From the NCBI GenBank assembly GCA_039680175.1, contig JBDKTO010000074.1, forward strand, positions 229,724-293,723: a stretch of DNA of 64,000 nt. The letters run 5' to 3'. The stretch comes from Veillonellales bacterium. GTDB taxonomy: Bacteria > Bacillota > Negativicutes > JAAYSF01. The notes under the pieces are model-generated. The model ran no database searches. It was not told the DNA's origin and was given only the letters and a program-made list of their open reading frames with translations. Positions 20,422-29,944 of this stretch are shown here, piece by piece. Within the stretch, counting starts at the first letter, position 1, and every line of letters starts with the position of its first letter. The position numbers and the translations under genes were made by a program.

Positions 20422-21192
20422 ATGCAGGTGAAAATTGTCCGTAATCTGGAAGATTTTTTTGAAAAATATATAGAGGGATTTTTTAATAATAAGTTTTCCA
20501 GCGGCTTACAACCGGTTGAAATTGCCAAACAGCTGGCCAAAGAAATGGAAAATAATTGTTCCATTGGTGTTTCGCATGTTTATGTTCCCAATTCTTACCA
20601 AGTGTATATTAATTCCGCTGACTTTGAGCTTTTATCTACTTATAGCCAGACGGTATGTGAAGAATTATCATCCTATCTCGTCGAAGAAGCAGCACGAAAC
20701 GATTATACTATTATTGGCGGCAAACCATCCATCAGTCTTCAGCTTGATGAAATCTCCGGGCAGGAAAAATTCCGTGTTGCTAGTTCTTTTACTAAACCAT
20801 TGCCGTCAGAAACGAAAAGTAATGCAGGAGATCCTGCTGCCTGTTTTTCGGATACCCGTGTTTTTGATAAGGTGAAACCTCTTAGTAATTGTCCTGCCGT
20901 TTTGGACGCATTATTGACAATTATAGACGGTTTAGATGCCGGCAAGAAAATTGATGTCGCTACCAGCAGGATCAACATTGGCAGACGGGAAGGAAATGAG
21001 CTGTCTTTGGCCGATATGAATACCTCCCGTTTGCATGCCTATATCGTGTACGACGATGGCGTTCATGTATTGCATGACGCTAAAAGTCTAAATGGTACCT
21101 ACGTTGACGGACATCGAATTACGCGTAAAGAGCTGCAGCATGGTGATCGGATTAAAATAGGAAACACCATCATTTTATATGAGGTGAAGTAG
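20422..21192 (+). CDS. FhaA-like protein: N-terminal DUF3662 domain plus C-terminal FHA domain
   Basis: MQVKIVRNLEDFFEKYIEGFF... is DUF3662-like. The C-terminus ...GRREGNELSLADMNTSRLHAYIVYDDGVHVLHDAKSLNGTYVDGHRI... is an FHA domain. RBS CTTGGAGTG is present. Confidence 0.75.
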   Translation: MQVKIVRNLEDFFEKYIEGFFNNKFSSGLQPVEIAKQLAKEMENNCSIGVSHVYVPNSYQVYINSADFELLSTYSQTVCEELSSYLVEEAARNDYTIIGGKPSISLQLDEISGQEKFRVASSFTKPLPSETKSNAGDPAACFSDTRVFDKVKPLSNCPAVLDALLTIIDGLDAGKKIDVATSRINIGRREGNELSLADMNTSRLHAYIVYDDGVHVLHDAKSLNGTYVDGHRITRKELQHGDRIKIGNTIILYEVK

Positions 21193-21194
21193 TT

Positions 21195-21662
21195 TTGCCG
21201 AATAAAACCGCGATTTTAAATTTCATCAGCATTGTTTTTCAATATGGTCTGATTATGCTGATTTATTTATTTTTATTCCGGGTACTAAAGTTAATTTACC
21301 AGGACTTGAAGGTAGCAAAAAATGCTCCCTTCAAATTTTCTGAACCGGGTGAGACTGCAGCAGCAAATCCAGCACGATTGTTAATTATAGACAAAGGCTC
21401 CCTTTCCTTTAACCAAACAGATTTTTTACTTGATGAGACGATTTCAATTGGGCGTGGCCAGGAAAATGATGTTGTAATCAACGATACCTTTGTCTCCCAT
21501 GAGCATGCCTGCATTACCAAATATAAAGCTGAATATTGGCTAAGTGATTTAGGCAGCACAAACTTTACTTATTTGAATGAAGAGCGTGTAGTGGGTCAAG
21601 TGCTGCTAAAACCGGGAGATCTTATTAAAATCGGAGCAGTTACTTTTAAATTTGCGAGGTGA
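21195..21662 (+). CDS. FhaB/FipA-like membrane-anchored FHA-domain protein
   Basis: N-terminal TM helix (ILNFISIVFQYGLIMLIYLFLF) and a C-terminal FHA domain (ISIGRGQENDVVINDTFVSHEHACI...SDLGSTNFTYLN). Confidence 0.7.
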   Translation: MPNKTAILNFISIVFQYGLIMLIYLFLFRVLKLIYQDLKVAKNAPFKFSEPGETAAANPARLLIIDKGSLSFNQTDFLLDETISIGRGQENDVVINDTFVSHEHACITKYKAEYWLSDLGSTNFTYLNEERVVGQVLLKPGDLIKIGAVTFKFAR

Positions 21663-21665
21663 CAG

Positions 21666-22394
21666 GTGTTGCTGGCATATGTGAAGTCAGACATCGGGTT
21701 AGTCAGAGAAACCAACGAGGATAGTTATGTATTTGTTCCGCCTCATCTATTTTTAGTTGCAGACGGCATGGGAGGACATGTAGCCGGAGAAGTTGCGAGT
21801 AGTGTGGCGGCAAATGCGGTAAAAAATTTTGTACAACAGAATATTGCAACTACCGCACCCGGGCTTGTTCTCGAACAAGCGATTATGCATGCCAATGCCC
21901 TAATCTTTCAGATGGCGCTGGAAAAAAATGAATATTCCGGCATGGGAACAACAATGACTGCCGTTTATATAATGGAGGACACTATTTATTGGGCCCACGT
22001 CGGCGACAGTCGTTTTTATTTGTTAAAAAATGATCCAAAAACAATTTATCAAATCACAAATGATCATTCTTTAGTATGGGAACTGATGCAAAACGGAAAT
22101 ATTACGGCAGAAGAAGCGAAAATTCATCCTCAGCGTAATATGTTAACCCGTGCAGTAGGCACAAGTTTTGATATTAAAGTAGATACAGGAATTACAACTT
22201 GGGAAAGTGGCGATATCATACTGTTATGTACGGATGGCCTGACGAATATGGTAAGCGAACAAACATTTTGTCAACTTTTTCTTACTGGAACTGCTATTAA
22301 CCAGCAGGCATTGGACATACTGATTGCAGAAGCCAAGCAGGCCGGTGGAACTGATAATATTACTGCTGTCATAACACAGCATGGGACTGTATAA
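21666..22394 (+). CDS. PP2C-family Ser/Thr protein phosphatase (Stp/PrpC/PstP-like)
   Basis: SDIGLVRETNEDS...LFLVADGMGGHVAGE...DGLTN... are PP2C signature motifs. Confidence 0.85.
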   Translation: MLLAYVKSDIGLVRETNEDSYVFVPPHLFLVADGMGGHVAGEVASSVAANAVKNFVQQNIATTAPGLVLEQAIMHANALIFQMALEKNEYSGMGTTMTAVYIMEDTIYWAHVGDSRFYLLKNDPKTIYQITNDHSLVWELMQNGNITAEEAKIHPQRNMLTRAVGTSFDIKVDTGITTWESGDIILLCTDGLTNMVSEQTFCQLFLTGTAINQQALDILIAEAKQAGGTDNITAVITQHGTV

Positions 22395-23670
22395 AATGAT
22401 GGATGATTCCCTACAGCTTCAGGAACGAGGCTTGCTGCTTATAGCCAGTTTGATTGTCATTACCGGAGTCCTTGCTGTCAGCTTGGCAACTAATTCGTTG
22501 GATAGTAAAATTCTTGCTTTGCTGGGATGCTTGATTGCCTGTTGGCTGAGTATCCATCTCATCCTGCGTCATTCCAGTCATCGTAATGGCGATCCGTTTT
22601 TTTTACCCCTGGCAGTCATGTTAATTGGAATTGGATTAACAATGGTACTGCGGCTCAAACCGGCTTTGTTTTTGTATCAATCTATCTGGGTTATTGCTGG
22701 CTTATTCTGTTTTTTGTTTTCTGTCTTTTTCTTCCGGCATTTGGAGCAGCTTTCTCAATACAAGTATCTTTGTGGTATGATTGGTATTGTTTTATTACTC
22801 ATTGCAATAATTTTCGGTGTGGATATTGGCGGGCATAGAAGCTGGGTTATTTTAGGACCGGTTAGATTTCAACCGTCGGAATTTGCTAAGATTTTTATCA
22901 TCTTGTTTTTGGCCGCATATTTAACTGAGCGCCATGAATTACTCACATCGGCCACAAAGCATTACGGCCCGCTGGTTTTGCCTCATCCGCGCTTTATCGC
23001 ACCGCTGCTGGCTATTTGGGGTCTTGCCATGGTTATGTTTGTAGTGCAGCGGGACTTAGGCTCTGCGTTGTTGTATTTTGGCATTACCATTATTATGGTT
23101 TACATAGCCAGCGGCCGTCTTACCTACGTTCTACTGGGTATCATTTTATTCTTTATCGGTTCGTTCGCTTGTTATAAACTCTACGCCCATGTTCAGGTAC
23201 GGGTTGATATCTGGCTTAACCCTTGGGCTGATCCCAATGGGAAAGCATACCAAATCGTTCAATCTTTATTTGCTCTTGGTTCAGGCGGCATACTTGGCAG
23301 CGGTCTCACCTATGGTTTTCCGCAGATGATTCCGGAAGTTCACACTGACTTTATTTTTGCCGCAATTGGTGAAGAACTTGGCTTTGCTGGATCATCCGCC
23401 GTATTAATAAGCTACATTTTAATCATTTATCGTGCTTTTAAAGCTGCCTTGGAAACGATCAATCCGTTTAGTATTCTGGTCGCGGCAGGATTAGCCGTTT
23501 CTTTTGCATTGCAGATTTTTCTAATCATCGGCGGTGTTACTAAATTTTTCCCGCTTACAGGAATTACATTGCCTTTCGTCAGCTATGGCGGAAGTTCTAT
23601 GGTAGCAAACTTTATTTTGTTGGGCATGTTATTTGCCATATCGGAAGAGAGGCCCAAACATGCACCTTAA
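22381..23670 (+). CDS. SEDS-family peptidoglycan glycosyltransferase (RodA/FtsW family)
   Basis: 429 aa polytopic membrane protein with the motifs FQPSEFAKI and TDFIFAAIGEELGF. Confidence 0.85.
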   Translation: MGLYKMMDDSLQLQERGLLLIASLIVITGVLAVSLATNSLDSKILALLGCLIACWLSIHLILRHSSHRNGDPFFLPLAVMLIGIGLTMVLRLKPALFLYQSIWVIAGLFCFLFSVFFFRHLEQLSQYKYLCGMIGIVLLLIAIIFGVDIGGHRSWVILGPVRFQPSEFAKIFIILFLAAYLTERHELLTSATKHYGPLVLPHPRFIAPLLAIWGLAMVMFVVQRDLGSALLYFGITIIMVYIASGRLTYVLLGIILFFIGSFACYKLYAHVQVRVDIWLNPWADPNGKAYQIVQSLFALGSGGILGSGLTYGFPQMIPEVHTDFIFAAIGEELGFAGSSAVLISYILIIYRAFKAALETINPFSILVAAGLAVSFALQIFLIIGGVTKFFPLTGITLPFVSYGGSSMVANFILLGMLFAISEERPKHAP

Positions 23671-25078
23671 CATAACCGACAAATTTTACAAAAATATCCG
23701 TGGGGTTGCATTTTCTCTCATCGGCCTGTTAGTAATTTTATTTTTCTATCTTGCTTATGTGCAAATTATCCAGGAAGATTTTCTGGCGAATCATCCCCTT
23801 AATCACCGTGCCTTGGAATTGGCTGCCAAAACCCAGCATGGAACCATTGTTGATCTTCATGGCGAGAAACTGGCTGTCAGTATTCCGGATGGTTCCGGCG
23901 GGTTTAAAAGAAAGTATCCCTATGGACCCATTACAGGCCACGTTGTTGGTTATGATAGTGCCAAATATGGGAAAACAGGTATTGAAAGCACTTATTCCGG
24001 CGACCTGACGGGCCTTAACAATCCATTGCGTCATCTTGGCCCGATTACAAGTATTTGGAAAAATCAACCCGGCAATAATGTTGGTCTAACAATTGATGCC
24101 CGGCTGCAGGAAACAGCGTATAAGGCCTTAGGCACTAAACGAGGTGCAATCGTGGCGATTTCACCCCGCACCGGAGCTATACTAGCAATGGTAAGCAAAC
24201 CGAGTTTTGATCCGAATTCGATTGATCAGTCCTGGGATACTGTTTCTCAGGCAGCGGACAGTCCGTTGCTGAACCGTTCGGTTCAAGGTCTTTACCCACC
24301 GGGCTCAACTTTGAAAGTCATGATTGCTGAAGCAGTACTGGCTGAAAAAATTGCTGACCGGAATCGGATTTTTAATTGTAACGGCGCATTAAAAATTGGT
24401 CCGGATTATATTTTAACCGAAAGTAATCATCAAGCCCACGGGAAAATTAATTTAGAAGAGGCATTGGCGGTTTCCTGTAATATTACTTTCGGTACATTAT
24501 CTCTGGAATTAGGACGCAATCGAATGGAAAAAACTTTTGAGCGGTACGGTTTCAATCGCCCGCTTGGTAATGATTTACAAGAACTTTCCAGTCGACTGCC
24601 TGATTTTTCCCGACTCAGTGACGGCGAGCTAGCGCAAACCGGTATTGGCCAGGGAAGTTTATTGGTTACGCCAATTCGAATGGCGATGCTGGCAAGTAGT
24701 TTTGCGAATCAGGGAATTATGATGCAGCCTTATCTGGTTAATCAGGTTACCGCTCCGGATGGGACCGTAGTGAAGCGCTTTACCCCTAAAAAATGGCTGC
24801 AGCCTTCCAGTCCTCAACTGGCTGATATTATTAAACAAATGATGATTACTGTTGTCAATGCGGGTACAGGGAGTGGGACACGTTTATCAGGAATTTCAGT
24901 TGCGGGGAAAACAGGTACTGCAGAAAACCCCCATGGTGCTTCTCATGCGTGGTTTATCGGCTTTGCTCCAGCGGATGATCCTCAAATAGCCATTGCCGTT
25001 ATTGTCGAAAATGGCGGCTCAGGCGGAGAAACAGCTGCACCAATAGCACGTCAAATATTCGCTCAGGCATTACGTTAA
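23660..25078 (+). CDS. Class B penicillin-binding protein (PBP2/PbpA-like transpeptidase)
   Basis: STLK active-site motif (PPGSTLKV) and KTGT motif (AGKTGTAE). RBS GAAGAGAGG precedes the ATG at 23660. The ORF-track start at 23633 overlaps the SEDS gene. Confidence 0.85.
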   Translation: MHLNITDKFYKNIRGVAFSLIGLLVILFFYLAYVQIIQEDFLANHPLNHRALELAAKTQHGTIVDLHGEKLAVSIPDGSGGFKRKYPYGPITGHVVGYDSAKYGKTGIESTYSGDLTGLNNPLRHLGPITSIWKNQPGNNVGLTIDARLQETAYKALGTKRGAIVAISPRTGAILAMVSKPSFDPNSIDQSWDTVSQAADSPLLNRSVQGLYPPGSTLKVMIAEAVLAEKIADRNRIFNCNGALKIGPDYILTESNHQAHGKINLEEALAVSCNITFGTLSLELGRNRMEKTFERYGFNRPLGNDLQELSSRLPDFSRLSDGELAQTGIGQGSLLVTPIRMAMLASSFANQGIMMQPYLVNQVTAPDGTVVKRFTPKKWLQPSSPQLADIIKQMMITVVNAGTGSGTRLSGISVAGKTGTAENPHGASHAWFIGFAPADDPQIAIAVIVENGGSGGETAAPIARQIFAQALR

Positions 25079-25092
25079 GGAGGTGATGGTTA

Positions 25093-26979
25093 ATGATTAA
25101 CAGAACACTGGGCCAGCGTTATACAGTTCTGGAACATGTCGGCGGCGGCGGTATGGCCGATGTTTATCGCGCACACGATAAATTGCTCGATCGTTCTGTG
25201 GCAGTAAAAATTCTTCGGCCCCAATTTACCAATGACGAAGAATTTGTAACGCGCTTTCGCCGTGAGGCGCAGGCTGCGGCTCGCTTGTCTCATCCTAATA
25301 TCGTTAACATCTATGATGTCGGTCGTGATGAAGATATTGACTATATTGTTATGGAGTATATCTCAGGAGAAACCCTAAAAGAAAGAATCACACGTGAAAC
25401 AGTATTGCCGGTAGAAACAGCGGTTCGCATTGCGCTGGAAATTGCCGAAGCATTGGAACATGCTCATCAAAACAATTTAGTTCACTGTGATATTAAACCA
25501 CATAATATTCTCTTAACCCGCAACGGTAGAATCAAAGTCACTGATTTTGGCATTGCCCGGGCAGTAACATCGGCGACAATGACACAAACCGGAGCCGTAT
25601 TGGGTTCCGTACATTATTTTTCTCCGGAACAGGCAAAAGGCGGGGCCATAGGAGCAAAATCCGATATTTATTCCCTGGGGGTTGTACTTTATGAAATGCT
25701 GACAGGGGAACTGCCTTTTACGGGAGAAACTCCCATTAGCATCGCCTTGAAACATCTTCAGGAGGAACCAAAGCCATTACGGGAAATTAACCCGGCTATT
25801 CCTCCCTTGGTGGAAGCTATCGTATTGAAAGCGATGGCTAAAGATCCCGCGGCACGTTTTGCCAATATTGATGAAATGATTGTAGACTTAAAGCTGGCGC
25901 AAAATTACTTGCGGGATGATCAAACCAGGAGAATGTCCACCGAAGATTTCCCTACACAGGTACTCCCCCGTGTATTGCCATCGGCTGTGGATAGTACCGA
26001 CATAACAAACCAGGAAAATTTATCCAGCCGCTTGCATACGGAAAGAAATAAAACGTCTAAGCGGTGGGTATGGGGCATACTTGTCTTGTTAGCCGTTGGC
26101 TTTTTAATTGGTGCCTTTTTAGCCTTTGGCAAGTTTTGGAGCTCCAGTGAAGTTGTGGTAGCCGATGTTGTCGGTAAACAAGTCGACGCCGCTCGCAATG
26201 TGCTGATTGCCCAAAAATTACGTGTTTCTGTTTCCGAAGTATTTAATGATAAAGTCCCTCCCGGAACTGTTATATCCCAATATCCTGAAGCCGGAACGAC
26301 AGTAAAGGAACAGCGTATGGTCACTCTGGTGGTAAGTAAAGGCGGTGAAATCACCGTAGTACCGGATGTAAGGGGGCTCAGCCGCCGAGATGCGGAACTG
26401 CAGCTGAAAAATGCCGGCTTGGTCTTAGGGCGTGTTGACGAACAGTTTAGTTCCAGTGCCCCGCCTGATACTGTAATTAGTCAAAATCCCCGTCCGCCTG
26501 CCCAAGTAAGCCGGAATACTCCTATTGATATTGTTATTAGTAAGGGCGCCGAACCTAAGAAAATTTCGCTGCCTGATTTTCGTGGTACACCTTTAAGCAC
26601 TATCAGTGCACAACTTGACAGTTTAAAGCTTAAACTTGGCAAGGTGACAGAAGAAGTAAGCGACAAATATCCTGCCGGTACGGTCAGCGGACAAAATCCC
26701 CCGGCCAATACCGCAGTGACAGAAGGAACAACCGTCGATCTGACAGTCGCAAAAGGAGCATCCGGTGCTGCAAAACGCGCAGTAGTTCAAATTACCGTTC
26801 CGGATGGTCCGTCACGTCAGGCAATTCAAATTGTAGTTACTGATACAAACGGGCGCCGGGTTGTCTATGAGAATGTTCATAAACCGGGTGACAAAGTTGA
26901 GAAAACCGTTGAGGGAGTAGGTCAGGCTCGCGTACAGGTCTATATTAACGGAGTGTTGTTGCAAGAACAATCACTTTAG
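25093..26979 (+). CDS. prkC: Ser/Thr protein kinase with three extracellular PASTA repeats and a C-terminal beta-domain (PknB/PrkC type)
   Basis: Kinase motifs VAVKIL, HCDIKPHNILL and DFGIA, a TM helix around residues 340-362, and three ~65-aa PASTA repeats. Confidence 0.9.
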   Translation: MINRTLGQRYTVLEHVGGGGMADVYRAHDKLLDRSVAVKILRPQFTNDEEFVTRFRREAQAAARLSHPNIVNIYDVGRDEDIDYIVMEYISGETLKERITRETVLPVETAVRIALEIAEALEHAHQNNLVHCDIKPHNILLTRNGRIKVTDFGIARAVTSATMTQTGAVLGSVHYFSPEQAKGGAIGAKSDIYSLGVVLYEMLTGELPFTGETPISIALKHLQEEPKPLREINPAIPPLVEAIVLKAMAKDPAARFANIDEMIVDLKLAQNYLRDDQTRRMSTEDFPTQVLPRVLPSAVDSTDITNQENLSSRLHTERNKTSKRWVWGILVLLAVGFLIGAFLAFGKFWSSSEVVVADVVGKQVDAARNVLIAQKLRVSVSEVFNDKVPPGTVISQYPEAGTTVKEQRMVTLVVSKGGEITVVPDVRGLSRRDAELQLKNAGLVLGRVDEQFSSSAPPDTVISQNPRPPAQVSRNTPIDIVISKGAEPKKISLPDFRGTPLSTISAQLDSLKLKLGKVTEEVSDKYPAGTVSGQNPPANTAVTEGTTVDLTVAKGASGAAKRAVVQITVPDGPSRQAIQIVVTDTNGRRVVYENVHKPGDKVEKTVEGVGQARVQVYINGVLLQEQSL

Positions 26980-26994
26980 CAGGGGGTAGCGGCA

Positions 26995-27870
26995 TTGTTG
27001 CATGGTGTAGTAATCAAAACATACAATAGCTACTATTATGTACAAACCGCCGATAAAATTGCAATGTGTACATTGCGCGGCCGCTTTAAAAAAGAACGTT
27101 TTTCACTCTTGGTCGGCGATGAAGTGCAGTATGACATGCTGGGAAATGATAAAGGCGTAATTGAGCAAATACTGCCGAGGCGCAGTATGCTCAAACGTCC
27201 TATGGTGGCAAATGTCGATCAGGTGATTCTTACCTTTGCCGCGGTTCAGCCGAAAATCAACCCCGCGCTGATGGATCGCTTTCTCATCTTAGCCGATCTT
27301 TCTGCTTTGGTTACGATTCTCTGTATCAATAAAATGGATTTGGCGGATAGTGCTGAGCTAAGCCCCATAATTGAATTATATCGTTCCATCGGCTATAAGG
27401 TGATCACATTATCGGCTAAATATGGCAGTGGGATTCTTGACTTACGAAAATTATTGTGTGATCGGATCACCGCCTTTGCCGGACCGTCGGGAGTTGGTAA
27501 ATCCACCATTTTGAATACGATTGAACCCGGCCTCCAATTGGTTACCGGAGCAGTTAGTGATAAAATCGGCCGGGGCAGACATACTACCCGTTTTGCCGAA
27601 TTATTACCGCTTACCGGCGGCGGTTTTGTCGTAGACACACCCGGATTTAGTTTAACTGAATGTAACGATATCCCCGAATCTCAGTTGATGTACTGTTTTC
27701 ATGAAATTGCGGCATTTGCACCGAAATGCAGGTTCAAATCCTGTCTGCATTTTAAAGAGCCCCAATGTGCAGTGAAACAAGCCGTCGCAGATGGAAAAAT
27801 CAGCAAGCAGCGTTATCAATCTTATCTGGAAGCGCTAACTGAAATTAGAGAAAATAAAAAGGGGTTTTAA
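26995..27870 (+). CDS. rsgA: Ribosome small-subunit-dependent GTPase A
   Basis: Circularly permuted GTPase (GPSGVGKST) with a C-terminal zinc-finger region (CRFKSCLHFKEPQC). The TTG start has RBS GGGGG. Confidence 0.9.
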   Translation: MLHGVVIKTYNSYYYVQTADKIAMCTLRGRFKKERFSLLVGDEVQYDMLGNDKGVIEQILPRRSMLKRPMVANVDQVILTFAAVQPKINPALMDRFLILADLSALVTILCINKMDLADSAELSPIIELYRSIGYKVITLSAKYGSGILDLRKLLCDRITAFAGPSGVGKSTILNTIEPGLQLVTGAVSDKIGRGRHTTRFAELLPLTGGGFVVDTPGFSLTECNDIPESQLMYCFHEIAAFAPKCRFKSCLHFKEPQCAVKQAVADGKISKQRYQSYLEALTEIRENKKGF

Positions 27871-27874
27871 ATTT

Positions 27875-28522
27875 ATGGTGAACATTGCACCCTCAATTCT
27901 TGCCGCTGACTTTGCCAACCTGACAAAAGCAATCCAGCAAGTCGAAACTGCCGGAGCAGATATGCTGCATATTGACATTATGGATGGACATTTTGTCCCT
28001 AACTTAACGTTTGGACCGCCTGTGGTTGCTGCTATACGCCAAGTTAGCCGAATGATTTTTGATGTACATCTTATGATTGATAATCCGGAAGATTTTATTG
28101 AACCATTTGTCAAGTCCGGTGCGGATATTCTTACTATCCATGTAGAAACAGCACCGCACTTACATCGATTAATTCAAGCTGTAAAGTCTTATGGTATTAA
28201 AGCCGGTGTTGCTTTGAACCCTGCCACTCCATTGTCCGCAATTGAGGAAGTACTTGCTGAAATTGATATGGTACTGCTGATGAGTGTAAATCCAGGCTTC
28301 GGCGGACAAAAATTTATTCCGGGCACAATCAATAAAATAAAAAGACTGCGTCGCAGTATAGTGCAGAATGAAATGGATGTGGCTATTGAAGTTGATGGGG
28401 GAATCAATGAATGTAATGCGGCCGAAATTATTGCCGCCGGCGCAACAATTTTAGTTGCCGGTTCCGCTGTTTATGGCTCGCCTGATGCTAAAAAAGCGAT
28501 TGGTGCTTTACGGGGGACTTGA
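27875..28522 (+). CDS. rpe: Ribulose-phosphate 3-epimerase
   Basis: MVNIAPSILAADFANL...HIDIMDGHFVPN... Confidence 0.9.
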   Translation: MVNIAPSILAADFANLTKAIQQVETAGADMLHIDIMDGHFVPNLTFGPPVVAAIRQVSRMIFDVHLMIDNPEDFIEPFVKSGADILTIHVETAPHLHRLIQAVKSYGIKAGVALNPATPLSAIEEVLAEIDMVLLMSVNPGFGGQKFIPGTINKIKRLRRSIVQNEMDVAIEVDGGINECNAAEIIAAGATILVAGSAVYGSPDAKKAIGALRGT

Positions 28523-28559
28523 TTATTTTCAGCAAAGATGCTAACATAAGTGTATACAA

Positions 28560-28740
28560 ATGAATAAGTGAGCCTTTGGGGCAAGGTGAAAAAGAGCAAT
28601 CTTTTAATTCCTGACCGGCGGTAATTAGCCCGCGAGCCATTTGGCAGATCCGGTGAAATCCCGGAGCCGACAGTAGAGTCTGGATGAAAAAAGGCAAAGT
28701 AATAGAAATTATATATTTCTATTACTCTATTTTTCTGACT
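28560..28740 (+). ncRNA. FMN riboswitch (RFN element) with attenuator terminator
   Basis: ...CTTTGGGGCAAGGTGAAA...TTCCTGACCGGCGGTAATTAGCCCGCGAGC...GATCCGGTGAAATCCCGGAGCCGACAGTAGAGTCTGGATG matches the RFN consensus. A 12-bp hairpin agtaatagaaat/atttctattact plus T-run follows at 28697-28735. Confidence 0.85.
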
Positions 28741-28746
28741 TCACAA

Positions 28747-28790
28747 GGCTGTTTAAAAGTGTAAACTTTTAAAACAGCTTTATTTTTTAG
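28747..28790 (+). terminator. Second hairpin plus T-run downstream of the FMN riboswitch
   Basis: cagctgtttaaaagt gtaaac ttttaaaacagct ttatttttt. Confidence 0.55.
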
Positions 28791-28816
28791 GCCCCTTGAG
28801 AGGAGAAAATTTGGTT

Positions 28817-29944
28817 ATGGATGAATTTTACATGCGACAGGCATTACATATTGCCCAAAATGCACTTGGCCGTACCAGTCCCAATCCTATGGTGGGAGCA
28901 GTAGTTGTCAAAAACGGCGAAATAGTTGGCTATGGCTGGCACAAACGTGCCGGTACTCCCCACGCGGAAATACATGCTTTAAAACAGGCAGGCGAGCTGG
29001 CGGCAGGGGCAACACTGTATGTGACACTGGAGCCATGCTGCCACCACGGCAGAACCGGGCCTTGTACAGAGGCCGTCATTCATGCCGGTATTAAAAAGGT
29101 CGTTATCGCAATGACCGATCCGAACCCGCTTGTAGCCGGCTGCGGCTTAGCGAAATTACGGGAAGCGGGGATTGAAGTCATAGAAGGTGTTCTGGCGAAT
29201 GAAGCAGCACAAATGAATGAAGTGTTTATTAAATGGATAGCCACGAAAATGCCTTTTGGTGTCCTAAAAACCGCTATGACCCTTGATGGCAAAATTGCAA
29301 CTTCAACCGGAGATTCCCAGTGGATTACCGGACCGGCAGCCCGGCAGCGCGGGCATCAGTTCCGCAGCCAATATGACGGAATAGTAGTAGGAATCGGTAC
29401 CGTGTTAGCCGATAATCCCTCATTAACTGCCCGCATACCTAATGGCAGAAATCCAATTCGGATTATTGTCGATACAATGGCGCGAACGCCGCTTACGGCG
29501 AAAGTGGTCGCTGATCAACTGGCGCCGACAATTATTGCTGTTTCTCCTTTGGCTCCGGCGGAGAGGGTCAGTGCCTTAAAAAATAAAGGCATAGAGATTC
29601 TCACCATTCCGCCAGATAATTCCGGCCTTGACTTACAGAGCTTATTTTTAGAATTAGGTGAAAAAGAAATTACCAGTATTTTAATTGAAGGCGGAGCACG
29701 AATCAATGCGTCGGCCCTGGAGGCAAATATTGTAGATAAAATTCATTGCTTTATTGCTCCCAAAATTATTGGCGGCAAGACCGCTCCCGGCCCGGTTGGC
29801 GGACAGGGCATTGCAAATTTATCGGCTGCTGTCTTGCTGGAAAATAGCACGATGGAATATGTAGGGGAAGATATACTAATAAGCGCTTATTTGCGCCGAC
29901 GGGAGGGACGCGATGTTTACCGGACTTGTGGAAGAATTGGGTAA
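28817..29944 (+). CDS. ribD: Bifunctional diaminohydroxyphosphoribosylaminopyrimidine deaminase / 5-amino-6-(5-phosphoribosylamino)uracil reductase
   Basis: CMP/dCMP deaminase zinc motif (HAEIHAL...PCCHHGRTGPC) plus a C-terminal reductase domain. The ATG at 28817 follows RBS GGAGAAAA. The ORF-track TTG at 28796 lies inside the terminator T-run. Confidence 0.9.
   Translation: MDEFYMRQALHIAQNALGRTSPNPMVGAVVVKNGEIVGYGWHKRAGTPHAEIHALKQAGELAAGATLYVTLEPCCHHGRTGPCTEAVIHAGIKKVVIAMTDPNPLVAGCGLAKLREAGIEVIEGVLANEAAQMNEVFIKWIATKMPFGVLKTAMTLDGKIATSTGDSQWITGPAARQRGHQFRSQYDGIVVGIGTVLADNPSLTARIPNGRNPIRIIVDTMARTPLTAKVVADQLAPTIIAVSPLAPAERVSALKNKGIEILTIPPDNSGLDLQSLFLELGEKEITSILIEGGARINASALEANIVDKIHCFIAPKIIGGKTAPGPVGGQGIANLSAAVLLENSTMEYVGEDILISAYLRRREGRDVYRTCGRIG

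Noticed and set aside
25920-26354. 144-aa minus-strand ORF inside the PASTA kinase gene
   Set aside because: It is antisense to the PASTA repeats. Its Thr/Ser-rich translation reflects the GC-rich codons of the kinase and it has no start context.
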